Assembly (NCBI GenBank): GCA_963667465.2
Contig: CAXXDN010000002.1
Span: 1,248,001 to 1,312,000 of the forward strand
Origin: Dehalococcoidia bacterium
GTDB lineage: Bacteria > Chloroflexota > Dehalococcoidia > UBA2979
Reading direction: 5' to 3'
DNA length: 64,000 nucleotides
Shown piece after piece: positions 1 through 8,590 of the stretch. Below the pieces are notes generated by a model, which was not told the DNA's origin, did no database searches, and saw only the letters and a list, made by a program, of their open reading frames with translations. The first letter of the stretch is position 1. Each line of letters begins with the position of its first letter. A program made the translations under genes and the position numbers.

Positions 1-2
1 GC

Positions 3-1058
3 GGCGGCGAGCTGGCGCTACGTCCCGAGGGCACCGCGTCCGTCTGCCGCGCCTACCTCGAGCACGGCATGGCGAGCCGCCCGCAACCGGTGCGCCTCTA
101 CTACTTCGGCCCGATGTTCCGCTACGACCGCCCGCAGGCGGGCCGCTACCGCCAGCTCTGGCAGCTCGGCGCGGAGTGCATCGGCGACTCCTCGCCCGCC
201 GCCGACGCCGAGGTGATCGAGCTGCAACACGCGATCTTTCGCGAACTCGGGCTCGACAACCTCGTGCTGCGCATCAACTCGATCGGCACGGCGGAGACGC
301 GGCGCGGCTACACCGCGCACCTGCGCGAGCACCTCCGCCCGCACCTCGAGACGCTCTCGCACGACTCGCAGCGGCGCTTCGAGACGAACCCGCTGCGCAT
401 CCTCGACTCGAAGGAGGACGCCTCCCACGCGGCGCTGCGCGAGGCGCCGAGTATCCTCGACCACCTCTCCGCCGAGGACGCCGAGCACTTCGCCAGCGTG
501 CGCTCCCTGCTGGACGCCGCGGGCGTCGCCTACGAGGTCGCCCCGCGCATCGTGCGCGGGCTGGACTACTACGCGCGCACCGTCTGGGAGTTCGAGCCGC
601 CCTCGGAGGACGGCGAGGCCGGCGGGCAGTCGACCGTCGGCGCGGGTGGCCGCTACGACGGCCTGATTGAGCTGCTCGGCGGCCCGCCGACGCCCGGCAC
701 CGGCTTCGCGACGGGCATCGAGCGCACGCTGCTCAACATGCGAGAGCGCGGCGTCGAGGCGCCGCCTGTCGCCGCGCTTGATGTCGCGACGATCCCACTC
801 GGCGCGCACGGCCCGGCGGCGGCGCTGCGCCTCGCGCAGGTGCTGCGCGCGGCGGGCCTCGCCGTGCGCGCCGGCGTCCCCGGCCGCTCCCTCCGCGCGC
901 AGCTGCGAGGCGCAAACGCCTCGGGCGCGCGCTACGCCGCCATCGTCGGCGACGACGAAGCCGCCCGCGGCGTCGTCCAGCTCAAGCCGCTCGCGACGGA
1001 CGGCGACCAGTTCGAGGTGGCGATGGGGGACGCGGCGGCGGCGGTACGGGGGGAGTAG
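3..1058 (+). CDS. hisS: Histidyl-tRNA synthetase (5'-truncated by window edge)
   Basis: LRPEGTA, FRYDRPQAGRYRQ (class II motif 2), VRGLDYY, GGRYDGL, C-terminal anticodon-binding domain. Confidence 0.97.
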   Translation, partial: GGELALRPEGTASVCRAYLEHGMASRPQPVRLYYFGPMFRYDRPQAGRYRQLWQLGAECIGDSSPAADAEVIELQHAIFRELGLDNLVLRINSIGTAETRRGYTAHLREHLRPHLETLSHDSQRRFETNPLRILDSKEDASHAALREAPSILDHLSAEDAEHFASVRSLLDAAGVAYEVAPRIVRGLDYYARTVWEFEPPSEDGEAGGQSTVGAGGRYDGLIELLGGPPTPGTGFATGIERTLLNMRERGVEAPPVAALDVATIPLGAHGPAAALRLAQVLRAAGLAVRAGVPGRSLRAQLRGANASGARYAAIVGDDEAARGVVQLKPLATDGDQFEVAMGDAAAAVRGE

Positions 1059-1062
1059 CAGG

Positions 1063-3915
1063 GTGGCGCGACGATCCCGGCAGAGCGATCCCGAGACCAC
1101 CCGCGAGGAAGTTGTCAACGTCCTGCTGGCCGAGCTGCTCAAGGATCACGGCATCAAGGCGCGAGCGGAGCGCCGAAGCCGCTCTGGCGTCCCCGACGTG
1201 CGGGTCGCGCTGTACGGTAAGGACTCCGTGATCATGGACTGCAAGTGGGACGGCTCCGCGACCGCGCTCCACGCCCAACTCGACGCGCGCCTGTCGAGGT
1301 TCCCCGACGCGCTCGGCGCCATCGGCCTGCTCTATCCCGATCGCCTACGGCGCGCGGAGGACACCGCCGCCGTGCTCCGGGGAGCTCAGGACCTTCAATG
1401 GTGGATCCACGGCTCGCGTAGCCTGCGCCACCCCGACTCCAGAGTCCGGACGGGCTCTGTAGCCGCCTTGGCTGACCAGTTGCGCAACTTGCCGCTGGAA
1501 CTTGAGGGCTTCGACAGCGTAGAGGCAGCCGCGAAGAGAATCGGATGGGCCGTTGAGGACGCCGTCGGCGCGCTCACCGGCCATGCCCGCATCGCCCGGC
1601 GCATCGCCGACCTTATCGCCGAGACGGATCAGGAGAAGGATCGCGCCGCCGCCCTGCGCATCGGCTGCCTTGTACTCTTCAACGCCCTCGCATTCCAGGA
1701 TCGCCTCGCCGCCGTCAACGGCGATGTGCGGACAGTGGACGAAGCGATGCGCAACGGCCTCGCTGGGCTGCACGCGGCGTGGCGGTCGATCTGCGACGAC
1801 ATCGACTACGTGCCCGTCTTTGAGCTCGCGGGCGAGATTCTCGGCGTGGTCGCCGACGCGCCGGAGGACACCGCCAACGCGGTCCTCGCGCCGCTCGTCA
1901 AGGCGATGGAGGACACGCGCCGCGTCGAAGGGCACGACCTGTCCGGGCGACTGTTCCATACGTTGCTGAGCGACGCAAAGTTCACCGGCGCCTACTACAC
2001 GTCCGTGCCCGCGGCCACGCTGCTCTCCCGACTGGTGTTCCAAGACTGGCCGCCGCGCGTCGACTGGAGTGATCACGAGTTCCCGGCCTCGCTCAACATC
2101 GCCGACCTCGCGTGCGGCACGGGCACACTGCTGATGGCCGCCGCCAGCGAGGTCGAACGCCGCCACCGCGACGCCGGTGGGCAACGCGCCGCCGAGTTGC
2201 ACAAGGCGATGGTCGAGCAGGCCCTGCACGGTTACGACGTGCAGCTTTCGGCTGTGCACTTCGCGGCCACGAGCCTTGCGATGCTGAACCCGGAGATCCA
2301 GTTCGACCGCATGAACCTCTACGTCATGCCGCTCGGCGTCGAGGGCGAGACCACCTCGCTCGGCTCGCTCGACTTCCTCGGCGAGAACGAAGCGCCGGTC
2401 CAGTACACGCTCTCGATGGACGCGGCGGGCATCTCCACGCGGGGCGGCGAGCGGGTATCCGGCGAGGGGGCGCGCGGCGCGGCCGAGGGCGTCACCGCGA
2501 CGCTGCCGGAGCTCGACCTCGCAATCATGAACCCGCCATTCACCCGCTCAGTGGGTGGAAACCTGCTATTCGGCAGCCTGCCCGCGGCGGAGCGGCGTCA
2601 ACTGCAAACCGAGCTGTCCCGCCGCCTGCGTCAGCGGCGCGGCGAGTTTGAGCAACGACAAGGGTCGTCCACACCCGGCCTGGCCGCCGCGTTCGTAGCG
2701 ACGGCGGCACCCAAACTGCGGCGCGGCGAGGGACGCCTCGCGCTCGTGCTCCCCTCCACCGTGTGCACTGGCCCGTCGTGGGAACGCACGCGAGCCCTCA
2801 TCGAGCTCGATTTCATGCTCGACATGGTGATCGCATCCCACGACCCGCAACGATGGAATTTCTCGGACAGCACGTCCCTCTCGGAGGTGCTGCTCATCGC
2901 CACGCGCCGTCCTGTCGAACGTGTCGAAGAAGAGCACCGGACGGTGTTCATCAACCTCTGGCGGAACCCGGACGGCGTGCTGGACGCGCACCGAGCCGCG
3001 CAGGCGATCACCGCAACCACGCCCGCGCTGCTCGAGGATTCAGGCACGGCGCTGCTCGAAGCGGACGGCCTGCACATCGGCGAGGCGTTCTCGATGCCCG
3101 CGTCGCGGCTCGCCGGTAAGCAGTGGTCCGGCATGCAGTTCGCCCGCGCCGACCTGGTTCGCGGCGCACTCGGGCTGCTCGACGACGGCGAGGTCTGGAT
3201 CCCGGGCGAGGGCGATCCCGTCGACATCCCGCTCTGCGCCCTAGGCGAACTCGGCCAAGTCGGCCCCGACCGCCGCGATGTGTGGGACGGCTTCGAGCGT
3301 ACAGCTGCAGTGACCGCCTATCCAATGGTGGAGAACCACGACACCGAGCAGAGGAAGCGTCTCGTGACGGAGCCGGACTGCTATCTGGCCCCGCTCGTCA
3401 AAGCCCGACCGGGACGCCACTTGAAGGCGGCGGCCCAGTTGTGGCCGAAGGCAGGGCAGCTCCTTGTTGCCGAACGACTGCGACTCGACACGGCCAGAAT
3501 TGCTGCCATGCGGTGCACGACGCGCGTGCTGTCCAACGTCTGGTGGCCCGTTCGCATTGGAGATGCGGTGAGCGAGCGGGCGCTGGCCGCCTGGCTCAAT
3601 TCGAGCCTCGGCCTGCTAACGCTGCTCGCACAGCGGACCAGCACGGAGGGGAGCTGGGTCGGGCTGAAGAAGGCCGATCTCGAACGGCTCCCGGTGCTCG
3701 ACATGGGAGCACTCTCGGCGCGGCAGCGCGGGAACCTCGCGGCCCTGTTCGACAAGATGGCGGATGAGGAGTTCGAGCGGCTGCCGGCAATGGCGCACTG
3801 CCCGGCGCGCAAGGCCCTGGACGACGGCGTCTCGCGAATCCTCAGGCTGCCGGACCTCGCCACCTTGCGCGAGTTGCTGGCGTCGGAGCCCGTGGTCGCG
3901 AACCGGCCGCTGTAG
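1063..3915 (+). CDS. Type IIG-like fused restriction endonuclease / N6-adenine methyltransferase / specificity protein (950 aa)
   Basis: GTG at 1063, 4 nt after the hisS stop; N-terminal PD...DCK nuclease-like motif; GAYYT; motif I DLACGTG; motif IV IMNPPF; C-terminal TRD-like AWLNSSLGLL. Confidence 0.85.
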   Translation: MARRSRQSDPETTREEVVNVLLAELLKDHGIKARAERRSRSGVPDVRVALYGKDSVIMDCKWDGSATALHAQLDARLSRFPDALGAIGLLYPDRLRRAEDTAAVLRGAQDLQWWIHGSRSLRHPDSRVRTGSVAALADQLRNLPLELEGFDSVEAAAKRIGWAVEDAVGALTGHARIARRIADLIAETDQEKDRAAALRIGCLVLFNALAFQDRLAAVNGDVRTVDEAMRNGLAGLHAAWRSICDDIDYVPVFELAGEILGVVADAPEDTANAVLAPLVKAMEDTRRVEGHDLSGRLFHTLLSDAKFTGAYYTSVPAATLLSRLVFQDWPPRVDWSDHEFPASLNIADLACGTGTLLMAAASEVERRHRDAGGQRAAELHKAMVEQALHGYDVQLSAVHFAATSLAMLNPEIQFDRMNLYVMPLGVEGETTSLGSLDFLGENEAPVQYTLSMDAAGISTRGGERVSGEGARGAAEGVTATLPELDLAIMNPPFTRSVGGNLLFGSLPAAERRQLQTELSRRLRQRRGEFEQRQGSSTPGLAAAFVATAAPKLRRGEGRLALVLPSTVCTGPSWERTRALIELDFMLDMVIASHDPQRWNFSDSTSLSEVLLIATRRPVERVEEEHRTVFINLWRNPDGVLDAHRAAQAITATTPALLEDSGTALLEADGLHIGEAFSMPASRLAGKQWSGMQFARADLVRGALGLLDDGEVWIPGEGDPVDIPLCALGELGQVGPDRRDVWDGFERTAAVTAYPMVENHDTEQRKRLVTEPDCYLAPLVKARPGRHLKAAAQLWPKAGQLLVAERLRLDTARIAAMRCTTRVLSNVWWPVRIGDAVSERALAAWLNSSLGLLTLLAQRTSTEGSWVGLKKADLERLPVLDMGALSARQRGNLAALFDKMADEEFERLPAMAHCPARKALDDGVSRILRLPDLATLRELLASEPVVANRPL

Positions 3916-3933
3916 CGCCGCTACGCGACGAAC

Positions 3934-3966
3934 TCAGACCAACATCTCATCGAGCAGCAGCTTCAA
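3934..3966 (-). pseudogene. 10-codon remnant of a DUF5615/PIN-like toxin (MKLLLDEMLV*)
   Basis: TTG start overlaps the antitoxin TGA (TTGA); MKLLLDE is the typical N-terminus of DUF5615 PIN toxins; stop after 10 codons. Confidence 0.7.
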
Positions 3967-4400
3967 GCGCGGAGCAGTTCCCGCTTACGGAGCCACTCAG
4001 TCTCGGCCTGCTCGGCTTCCTCGGCGTTGCGGTTGATCCAGTCCTCAATCTCGTCCGGGTAGTCGAGGTAGTAGAGCAGAGCCGCTCGCATGAGGTGGCG
4101 CGGCTGACCCATGAGATCAACCGTCCGGTCCACGGTGCGTTCGATAGCCTCTTCGCTGCCCATCGGTTGTCCGAGGAACACGTCGGCTACCTGCCACACG
4201 TCGGGTCCGCCCATGAGCACGGCCCTGCGCCCGGCTGGCCCGTCGCGGAAGAACACCCAGGGATGCCGCGCCATGCGCAGCCCCTCCTCGACCAGCCGTG
4301 CGGCCGCCGCCGAGCGGGACTCGCCCGACTCGCGGCCGAGCGCATCCAGCCGGCCGAGCGTCTCGTCGCCGAGGCCAATCGAGACCTTGCGCCTCGCCAT
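3963..4400 (-). CDS. Ribbon-helix-helix / DUF433-like antitoxin
   Basis: N-terminal RHH pattern (KVSIGLGDETLGRLDALGRESGESRS) followed by HPWVFFRDGPAGRRA...GPDVW...YYLDYPDEIE; GGGAGG SD upstream of the ATG. Confidence 0.75.
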   Translation of the reverse strand: MARRKVSIGLGDETLGRLDALGRESGESRSAAAARLVEEGLRMARHPWVFFRDGPAGRRAVLMGGPDVWQVADVFLGQPMGSEEAIERTVDRTVDLMGQPRHLMRAALLYYLDYPDEIEDWINRNAEEAEQAETEWLRKRELLRA

Positions 4401-4413
4401 CGTGCCCTCCCGC

Positions 4414-4443
4414 GCGACACACGTCGCCGCACACATCGTAGCA
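4414..4443 (-). promoter_or_regulatory. Extended -10 promoter (TGcTACGAT) and inverted repeat GCGAC-N4-GTCGC, candidate antitoxin operator
   Basis: -10 at 4435-4440 on the minus strand; inverted repeat at 4414-4427 in the leader. Confidence 0.45.
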
Positions 4444-4476
4444 CCGGGCCCCGCGCGGGCTCCCGGACCCGCCCCC

Positions 4477-4485
4477 TGCTACCCT
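4477..4485 (+). promoter_or_regulatory. Extended -10 (TGcTACCCT) for leaderless prfA
   Basis: -10 hexamer 6 nt upstream of ATG 4492, no SD. Confidence 0.55.
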
Positions 4486-4491
4486 AGTCCC

Positions 4492-5562
4492 ATGCACGAA
4501 CGCATCGCGGAGATCGAGGCGCGCTTCGAGGAGTTGACGCAGCTCCTCAGCGATCCGGAGGTGGCCTCCGACCACCGCCGCATGGCCGAACTCGCCCGCG
4601 AACGCTCGCGCCTCGAGCCAATCGTCGATCTCGGACGGCGCTTCCGCGAGACAGAGGAAGCCCTCGCCGACGCGCGCGACCTGCTGCGCTCCGGCGACGA
4701 CGACGAGCGCGAACTGGCCCGCGAGGAGGAGGAGCGGCTGACGCCGCTGTTCGCCGACCTCGAGGAGGAGCTGAAGCTCGCGCTGCTGCCTCGCGATCCC
4801 GCCGACGAGAAGGACGCGATCATCGAGATCCGCGCCGGCGCGGGCGGCGAAGAGGCCGCGCTCTTCGCCGCCGACCTGTTCCGCATGTACCAGCGCTACG
4901 CCGAGCGCCAGGGCTGGCGGCTGGAGGTGCTCAACACCTCCGAGGCCGGACCCGGCGGCTACCGCGAGATGACCTTCGAGCTGTCCGGCGAGGACGCCTA
5001 CCGCCGTATGAAGCACGAGTCCGGCGTGCACCGCGTGCAGCGCGTCCCGGAAACCGAGTCGCAGGGTCGCATCCACACCTCGACGGCCACGGTCGCCGTG
5101 CTGCCCGAGGTCGACGAGGTGGAGGTGGACATCGACTGGGGCGAGGTGCGGACGGACATCTTCCACGCCTCCAGCGCGGGCGGGCAGAACGTCAACAAGG
5201 TCGCCACCGCCGTGCGCTTCACGCACGAGCCGACCGGCATCGTCGTCGTCTGCCAGGACGAGCGCTCGCAGGCCAAGAACCGCGCGAAGGCGGAGAGCGT
5301 GCTGCGCGCCCGCCTCTACGACCTCGAGCGCGCGAAGGCCGCCGCCGAGGTCGCCGACGTACGCCGCTCGCAGGTGGGGAGCGGCGACCGCTCGGAGAAG
5401 ATCCGCACCTACAACTTCCCCGACGACCGCGTGACCGACCACCGCGTGCGGCTCACGAAGCACGGCCTCCCGCGCATCCTCGACGGCGAGATCGACGCGC
5501 TGATCGACGCCGTCGCGATGGAGGAGCAGTCGCGCCTCCTGCAGCAGGCCGCGACGACCTGA
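4492..5562 (+). CDS. prfA: Peptide chain release factor 1
   Basis: EIRAGAGGEEAALFA, HRVQRVPETE (PxT), GGQ, RSEKIRTYNF; followed by prmC. Confidence 0.97.
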   Translation: MHERIAEIEARFEELTQLLSDPEVASDHRRMAELARERSRLEPIVDLGRRFRETEEALADARDLLRSGDDDERELAREEEERLTPLFADLEEELKLALLPRDPADEKDAIIEIRAGAGGEEAALFAADLFRMYQRYAERQGWRLEVLNTSEAGPGGYREMTFELSGEDAYRRMKHESGVHRVQRVPETESQGRIHTSTATVAVLPEVDEVEVDIDWGEVRTDIFHASSAGGQNVNKVATAVRFTHEPTGIVVVCQDERSQAKNRAKAESVLRARLYDLERAKAAAEVADVRRSQVGSGDRSEKIRTYNFPDDRVTDHRVRLTKHGLPRILDGEIDALIDAVAMEEQSRLLQQAATT

Positions 5563-5572
5563 CCGCCGCCCG

Positions 5573-6487
5573 ATGGCGCTCGATCCACACGGCCCCGCGG
5601 ACACCGTCGGCTCGTTGCTGCTGGAGGCGGCGCAAGGGCTGGTCGCCGCCTGGGCCGCGGAGAGCCTCGACGAGGCGCGGCTGGAGGTCGACCTGCTCTA
5701 CGGCGAGGCGGCGAGGCTGAGCCGCGCGCAGGTGATCGCGGCCGGCCGCGACACGCCGCCGCCCGAGGCGCGCGAGGGCTTCGAGGCGCTGCTGTTGCGG
5801 CGCATGGCGCGCGAACCACTCGCCTACATCCTCGGACGCCGCGAGTTCCACGGCCTGACCTTCGAGGTCGGCCCCGGCGCGCTGATCCCGCGCCCGGAGA
5901 CCGAGACCCTGGTCGAGGCGGCGCTGGCGGCGATCCGCGAGCACCCGAACGCCCGGCGAATCGTGCGCGTGGCCGACGCGGGCACGGGCAGCGGCGCGGT
6001 CGCGATCGCGATCGCGCGGCATGCGCCCTCGGCGAAGGTCTTCGCGACGGACGCCTCGACAGAGGCGCTGGCCTGGGCGGGCCGCAACCGCGCGCGGCTG
6101 GGGCCGCTGGAGCGCGTGGTGCTGCTCGCCGGCGACCTGCTGGAGCCGATCGGCGAGCCGCTCGACGTGGTCGCCGCGAACCTGCCCTACATCCCGACCG
6201 ACGAGTACGAGCGCCTGCCCGAGGAGATCCGCGCCGGCGAGCCGCGCCTCGCAGTCGACGGCGGCGACGACGGCCTCGCGCTGGTCCGCCGCCTCGTCGA
6301 CCAGCTCCCGGAGCACCTCGCGGACGGCCCCGCCGCCGTCCTGCTCGAGCTCGGCGGCGGCCAATCCCCCTTCGTCGCCGACTGGCTCACATCCGCCCTC
6401 GGCGGCGGCGATGCTGACGTGACTGTCGAGGTGCACCGCGATCTGGCTGGCAACCGGCGGGTGTTGGAGGCGCGGCGGGGGTATTGA
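5573..6487 (+). CDS. prmC: Release factor glutamine methyltransferase
   Basis: EPLAYILG, LIPRPETE, DAGTGSG, ANLPY. Confidence 0.95.
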   Translation: MALDPHGPADTVGSLLLEAAQGLVAAWAAESLDEARLEVDLLYGEAARLSRAQVIAAGRDTPPPEAREGFEALLLRRMAREPLAYILGRREFHGLTFEVGPGALIPRPETETLVEAALAAIREHPNARRIVRVADAGTGSGAVAIAIARHAPSAKVFATDASTEALAWAGRNRARLGPLERVVLLAGDLLEPIGEPLDVVAANLPYIPTDEYERLPEEIRAGEPRLAVDGGDDGLALVRRLVDQLPEHLADGPAAVLLELGGGQSPFVADWLTSALGGGDADVTVEVHRDLAGNRRVLEARRGY

Positions 6488-6503
6488 GAGTTCCTGAAGA
6501 TGC

Positions 6504-6537
6504 GGAAAGCCCCCGGCCGTCTCTGCCGAGGGCTTCA
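6504..6537. terminator. Hairpin between convergent prmC and small minus-strand ORFs
   Basis: AAGCCC-CCGGC...GCCG-AGGGCTT stem; short U tail on the minus strand. Confidence 0.5.
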
Positions 6538-6600
6538 CATGTGCGGATTCGCACAACGCGCCTGTCCAGCGCACTGGCGTCGTGGAGTGGCTCACCGCCG

Positions 6601-6777
6601 TCAAGGCGGCAACAGCCGCTTCGCCTCGACCTCGCCGGACGCCGGCTCGCCCCTCGGGGGGAGGCCGGAGCGGATCGACTCCCACGTACGCTCTGCGAGG
6701 TCCACTACCTCGTCGAAGGGCCGCTCACCCTGGAGGTACTCGCGGTAGGCGTCGCGAACCTTGTCCGTCGGCTTCAT
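6601..6777 (-). CDS. Hypothetical small protein (58 aa, MKPTDKVRDAYREY...)
   Basis: ATGA overlap with the upstream ORF; GGAG upstream. Confidence 0.5.
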   Translation of the reverse strand: MKPTDKVRDAYREYLQGERPFDEVVDLAERTWESIRSGLPPRGEPASGEVEAKRLLPP

Positions 6778-7103
6778 CGTCTCCAACCCTCCCTCAGGGA
6801 CAGCAGGACATCGCGTTCGTGCCAGATCGCCCAGTACCAGTGCCGCGGCTCCATCTGGTGAACGGGCCCCGGCTCGGCGCCAGCCGTGTTCAGGGCGAGC
6901 GACCGGAGCGGCAGCGGCCCACCGCCTGCAAGCGCGAGGTCCGACATGAGGAGGTAGCTCGCGAGGTTCACGAGTCCGTGCTCGTACCGCAAGTCGGCGC
7001 CGGGACTCTCGACGACATACGCGCAGACATCGCACGCATCCGGCGTGAGGTCGGCATGGTTCTCAACCGGGACGCGGCACCTCCGCCCTGGCCAATACTG
7101 CAC
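6774..7103 (-). CDS. Hypothetical protein (~109 aa, start uncertain)
   Basis: GTG 7103 just after a TATACT box; stop overlaps the next ATG; composition unlike shadow ORFs (CDVC, HWYWAIWH). Confidence 0.4.
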   Translation of the reverse strand: MQYWPGRRCRVPVENHADLTPDACDVCAYVVESPGADLRYEHGLVNLASYLLMSDLALAGGGPLPLRSLALNTAGAEPGPVHQMEPRHWYWAIWHERDVLLSLREGWRR

Positions 7104-7161
7104 AGGGAGTATAGCGGATGATTCATGTGTGCCACAATGCGAACCGATAGCGCCGCCGCCC

Positions 7162-8313
7162 CTACCCCGGCATCTGCTGCGCGATCTGGTAGATCTTTCC
7201 CTCCGTCTTGATCGAGGGGGCGATGACCATCCTCGCGGCGTGGAAGTCGGCGATGGACTGGGCGCCACACGTGGCCATCGAGGTGCGCAGGGCGCCGACG
7301 AGGTTCTCGGTGCCGTCCGTGCGCGAGGTCGGGCCGAAGAGCAGCGTGTCCAGCGTCCGCGGCTGGCCGACGTGCACGCGCACGCCTCGAGGCAGCTCCG
7401 CGTGCGGAGTCGCCATGCCCCAGTGGTAGCCGCGGCCCGGCGCCTCCTTCGTCGCGGCGAAGGGGGAGCCGATCATGACCGCGTCGGCCCCGGCGCAGAT
7501 CGACTTCGAGAGGTCGCCGCCGGTGCGGATGCCGCCGTCCGTAATGATCGGCACGTAGCGGCCCGTCTGCTCGTGGTAGAGGTCGCGCGCGTAGGCCGTG
7601 TCGAGCGTCGCGCTGACCTGCGGGATGCCGATGCCCAGCACCTCGCGCGAGGTGCACGCCGCCCCCGGCCCCACGCCGACGAGGATCGCGTGGATGCCCG
7701 TCTCCATCAGCTCCAGCGCCGCACCCGTGTCGACCGTGTTGCCGACGAGTACGGGGAGAGGGTCGATCTGCTCGACGAGCTCGTCGAGGCGCAGGCCGCG
7801 CAGGGAGCGCGAGACGTGGCGGGCGGTGGTGACGGTGGACTGCACGGCGAAGAAGCTGGCCCCCGCGTCCCTGGCGACGGGGGCAAGGCGCTTCGTGTTC
7901 TGCGGCGTGGCGCTCACGGCGGCGACGCCGCCGAGCTCGATAATCTCCTCGATACGCCGCCCGACGAGGTCGTCGCGAATCGGCTGCGAGTAGACGTGCT
8001 GGATGATCTCGGTCGAGTGATCGAGGTTGGCGGCGGCGATCTCCTCGTAAATGCCCGCGGTGTCCTCGTAGCGCGTTTGCACGCCCTCGAGGTTGAGGAC
8101 GGCGAGGCCGCCCGCCTTCGTGAGGGCGCCGGCGAAGGAGGGGTCGACGACGGCGTCCATCGCCGAGGCGAGGATCGGGACGGGGAAGGAGTGCGCGCCG
8201 AGGGTGAAGGCCGGCTCGACGAGATCGGGGTTGGTGGTGACGGCGCCGGGGACGATCGCGACATCGTCGAATCCCCAGGCGCGCTCAAGGCTCTTGCGCT
8301 CTGCTGCCGTCAT
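7162..8313 (-). CDS. guaB3: GuaB3-family IMP dehydrogenase-related protein (no CBS domains)
   Basis: WGFDDVAIVP, SAMDAV, GVGPGAACTSREVLGIG, DGGIRTGGD, HWGMATPH. Confidence 0.9.
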   Translation of the reverse strand: MTAAERKSLERAWGFDDVAIVPGAVTTNPDLVEPAFTLGAHSFPVPILASAMDAVVDPSFAGALTKAGGLAVLNLEGVQTRYEDTAGIYEEIAAANLDHSTEIIQHVYSQPIRDDLVGRRIEEIIELGGVAAVSATPQNTKRLAPVARDAGASFFAVQSTVTTARHVSRSLRGLRLDELVEQIDPLPVLVGNTVDTGAALELMETGIHAILVGVGPGAACTSREVLGIGIPQVSATLDTAYARDLYHEQTGRYVPIITDGGIRTGGDLSKSICAGADAVMIGSPFAATKEAPGRGYHWGMATPHAELPRGVRVHVGQPRTLDTLLFGPTSRTDGTENLVGALRTSMATCGAQSIADFHAARMVIAPSIKTEGKIYQIAQQMPG

Positions 8314-8393
8314 CGTCGTGGCCCCTCCCCCGTCACGCTCAGGTGACTCTGAGCGGCGGGCACTGCGATCGGGGAGAGTGCCTGGAGGCGCAG

Positions 8394-8428
8394 ATACACA
8401 AAGACCCCGCCGCGGGGGAGGGGTCTTG
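8394..8428 (-). terminator. Intrinsic terminator-like hairpin within the guaB3 leader
   Basis: AAGACCCC/GGGGUCUU stem followed by UGUGUAU on the minus strand. Confidence 0.6.
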
Positions 8429-8501
8429 CCCGGGATGCGCCCGAGGACTTCGATAGCCAGGTTGTCGCATGGGTCCCGCCACGGTCACCCTGCTTTTGAG
8501 G

Positions 8502-8530
8502 ATGGTAGGGCCACCCCGATCGGGGGTCAA
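8502..8530 (-). promoter_or_regulatory. Sigma70-type promoter for guaB3
   Basis: TTGACC (8525-8530), 17 nt, TACCAT (8502-8507). Confidence 0.7.
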
Positions 8531-8590
8531 TGTCGGGGCCCCCGAAACGCGCGAACCGGGCCTCGGCGGGCCGCGAGCATCGCGCGAGGG

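Noticed and set aside
667-1062. Long N-terminal extensions in the ORF track (667, 4111, 8093, 53167, 62441)
   Set aside because: Overlap real genes and read as low-complexity off-frame sequence; downstream starts fit the families
8430-8497. guaB3 leader as a ZTP or ykkC/PRPP riboswitch
   Set aside because: Only fragments resemble them (GUGG..CCAU, AGGGU..CCG, CCGGGC); the ZTP pseudoknot UGACUGRCG/CGYCUGGGC and the ykkC core are absent
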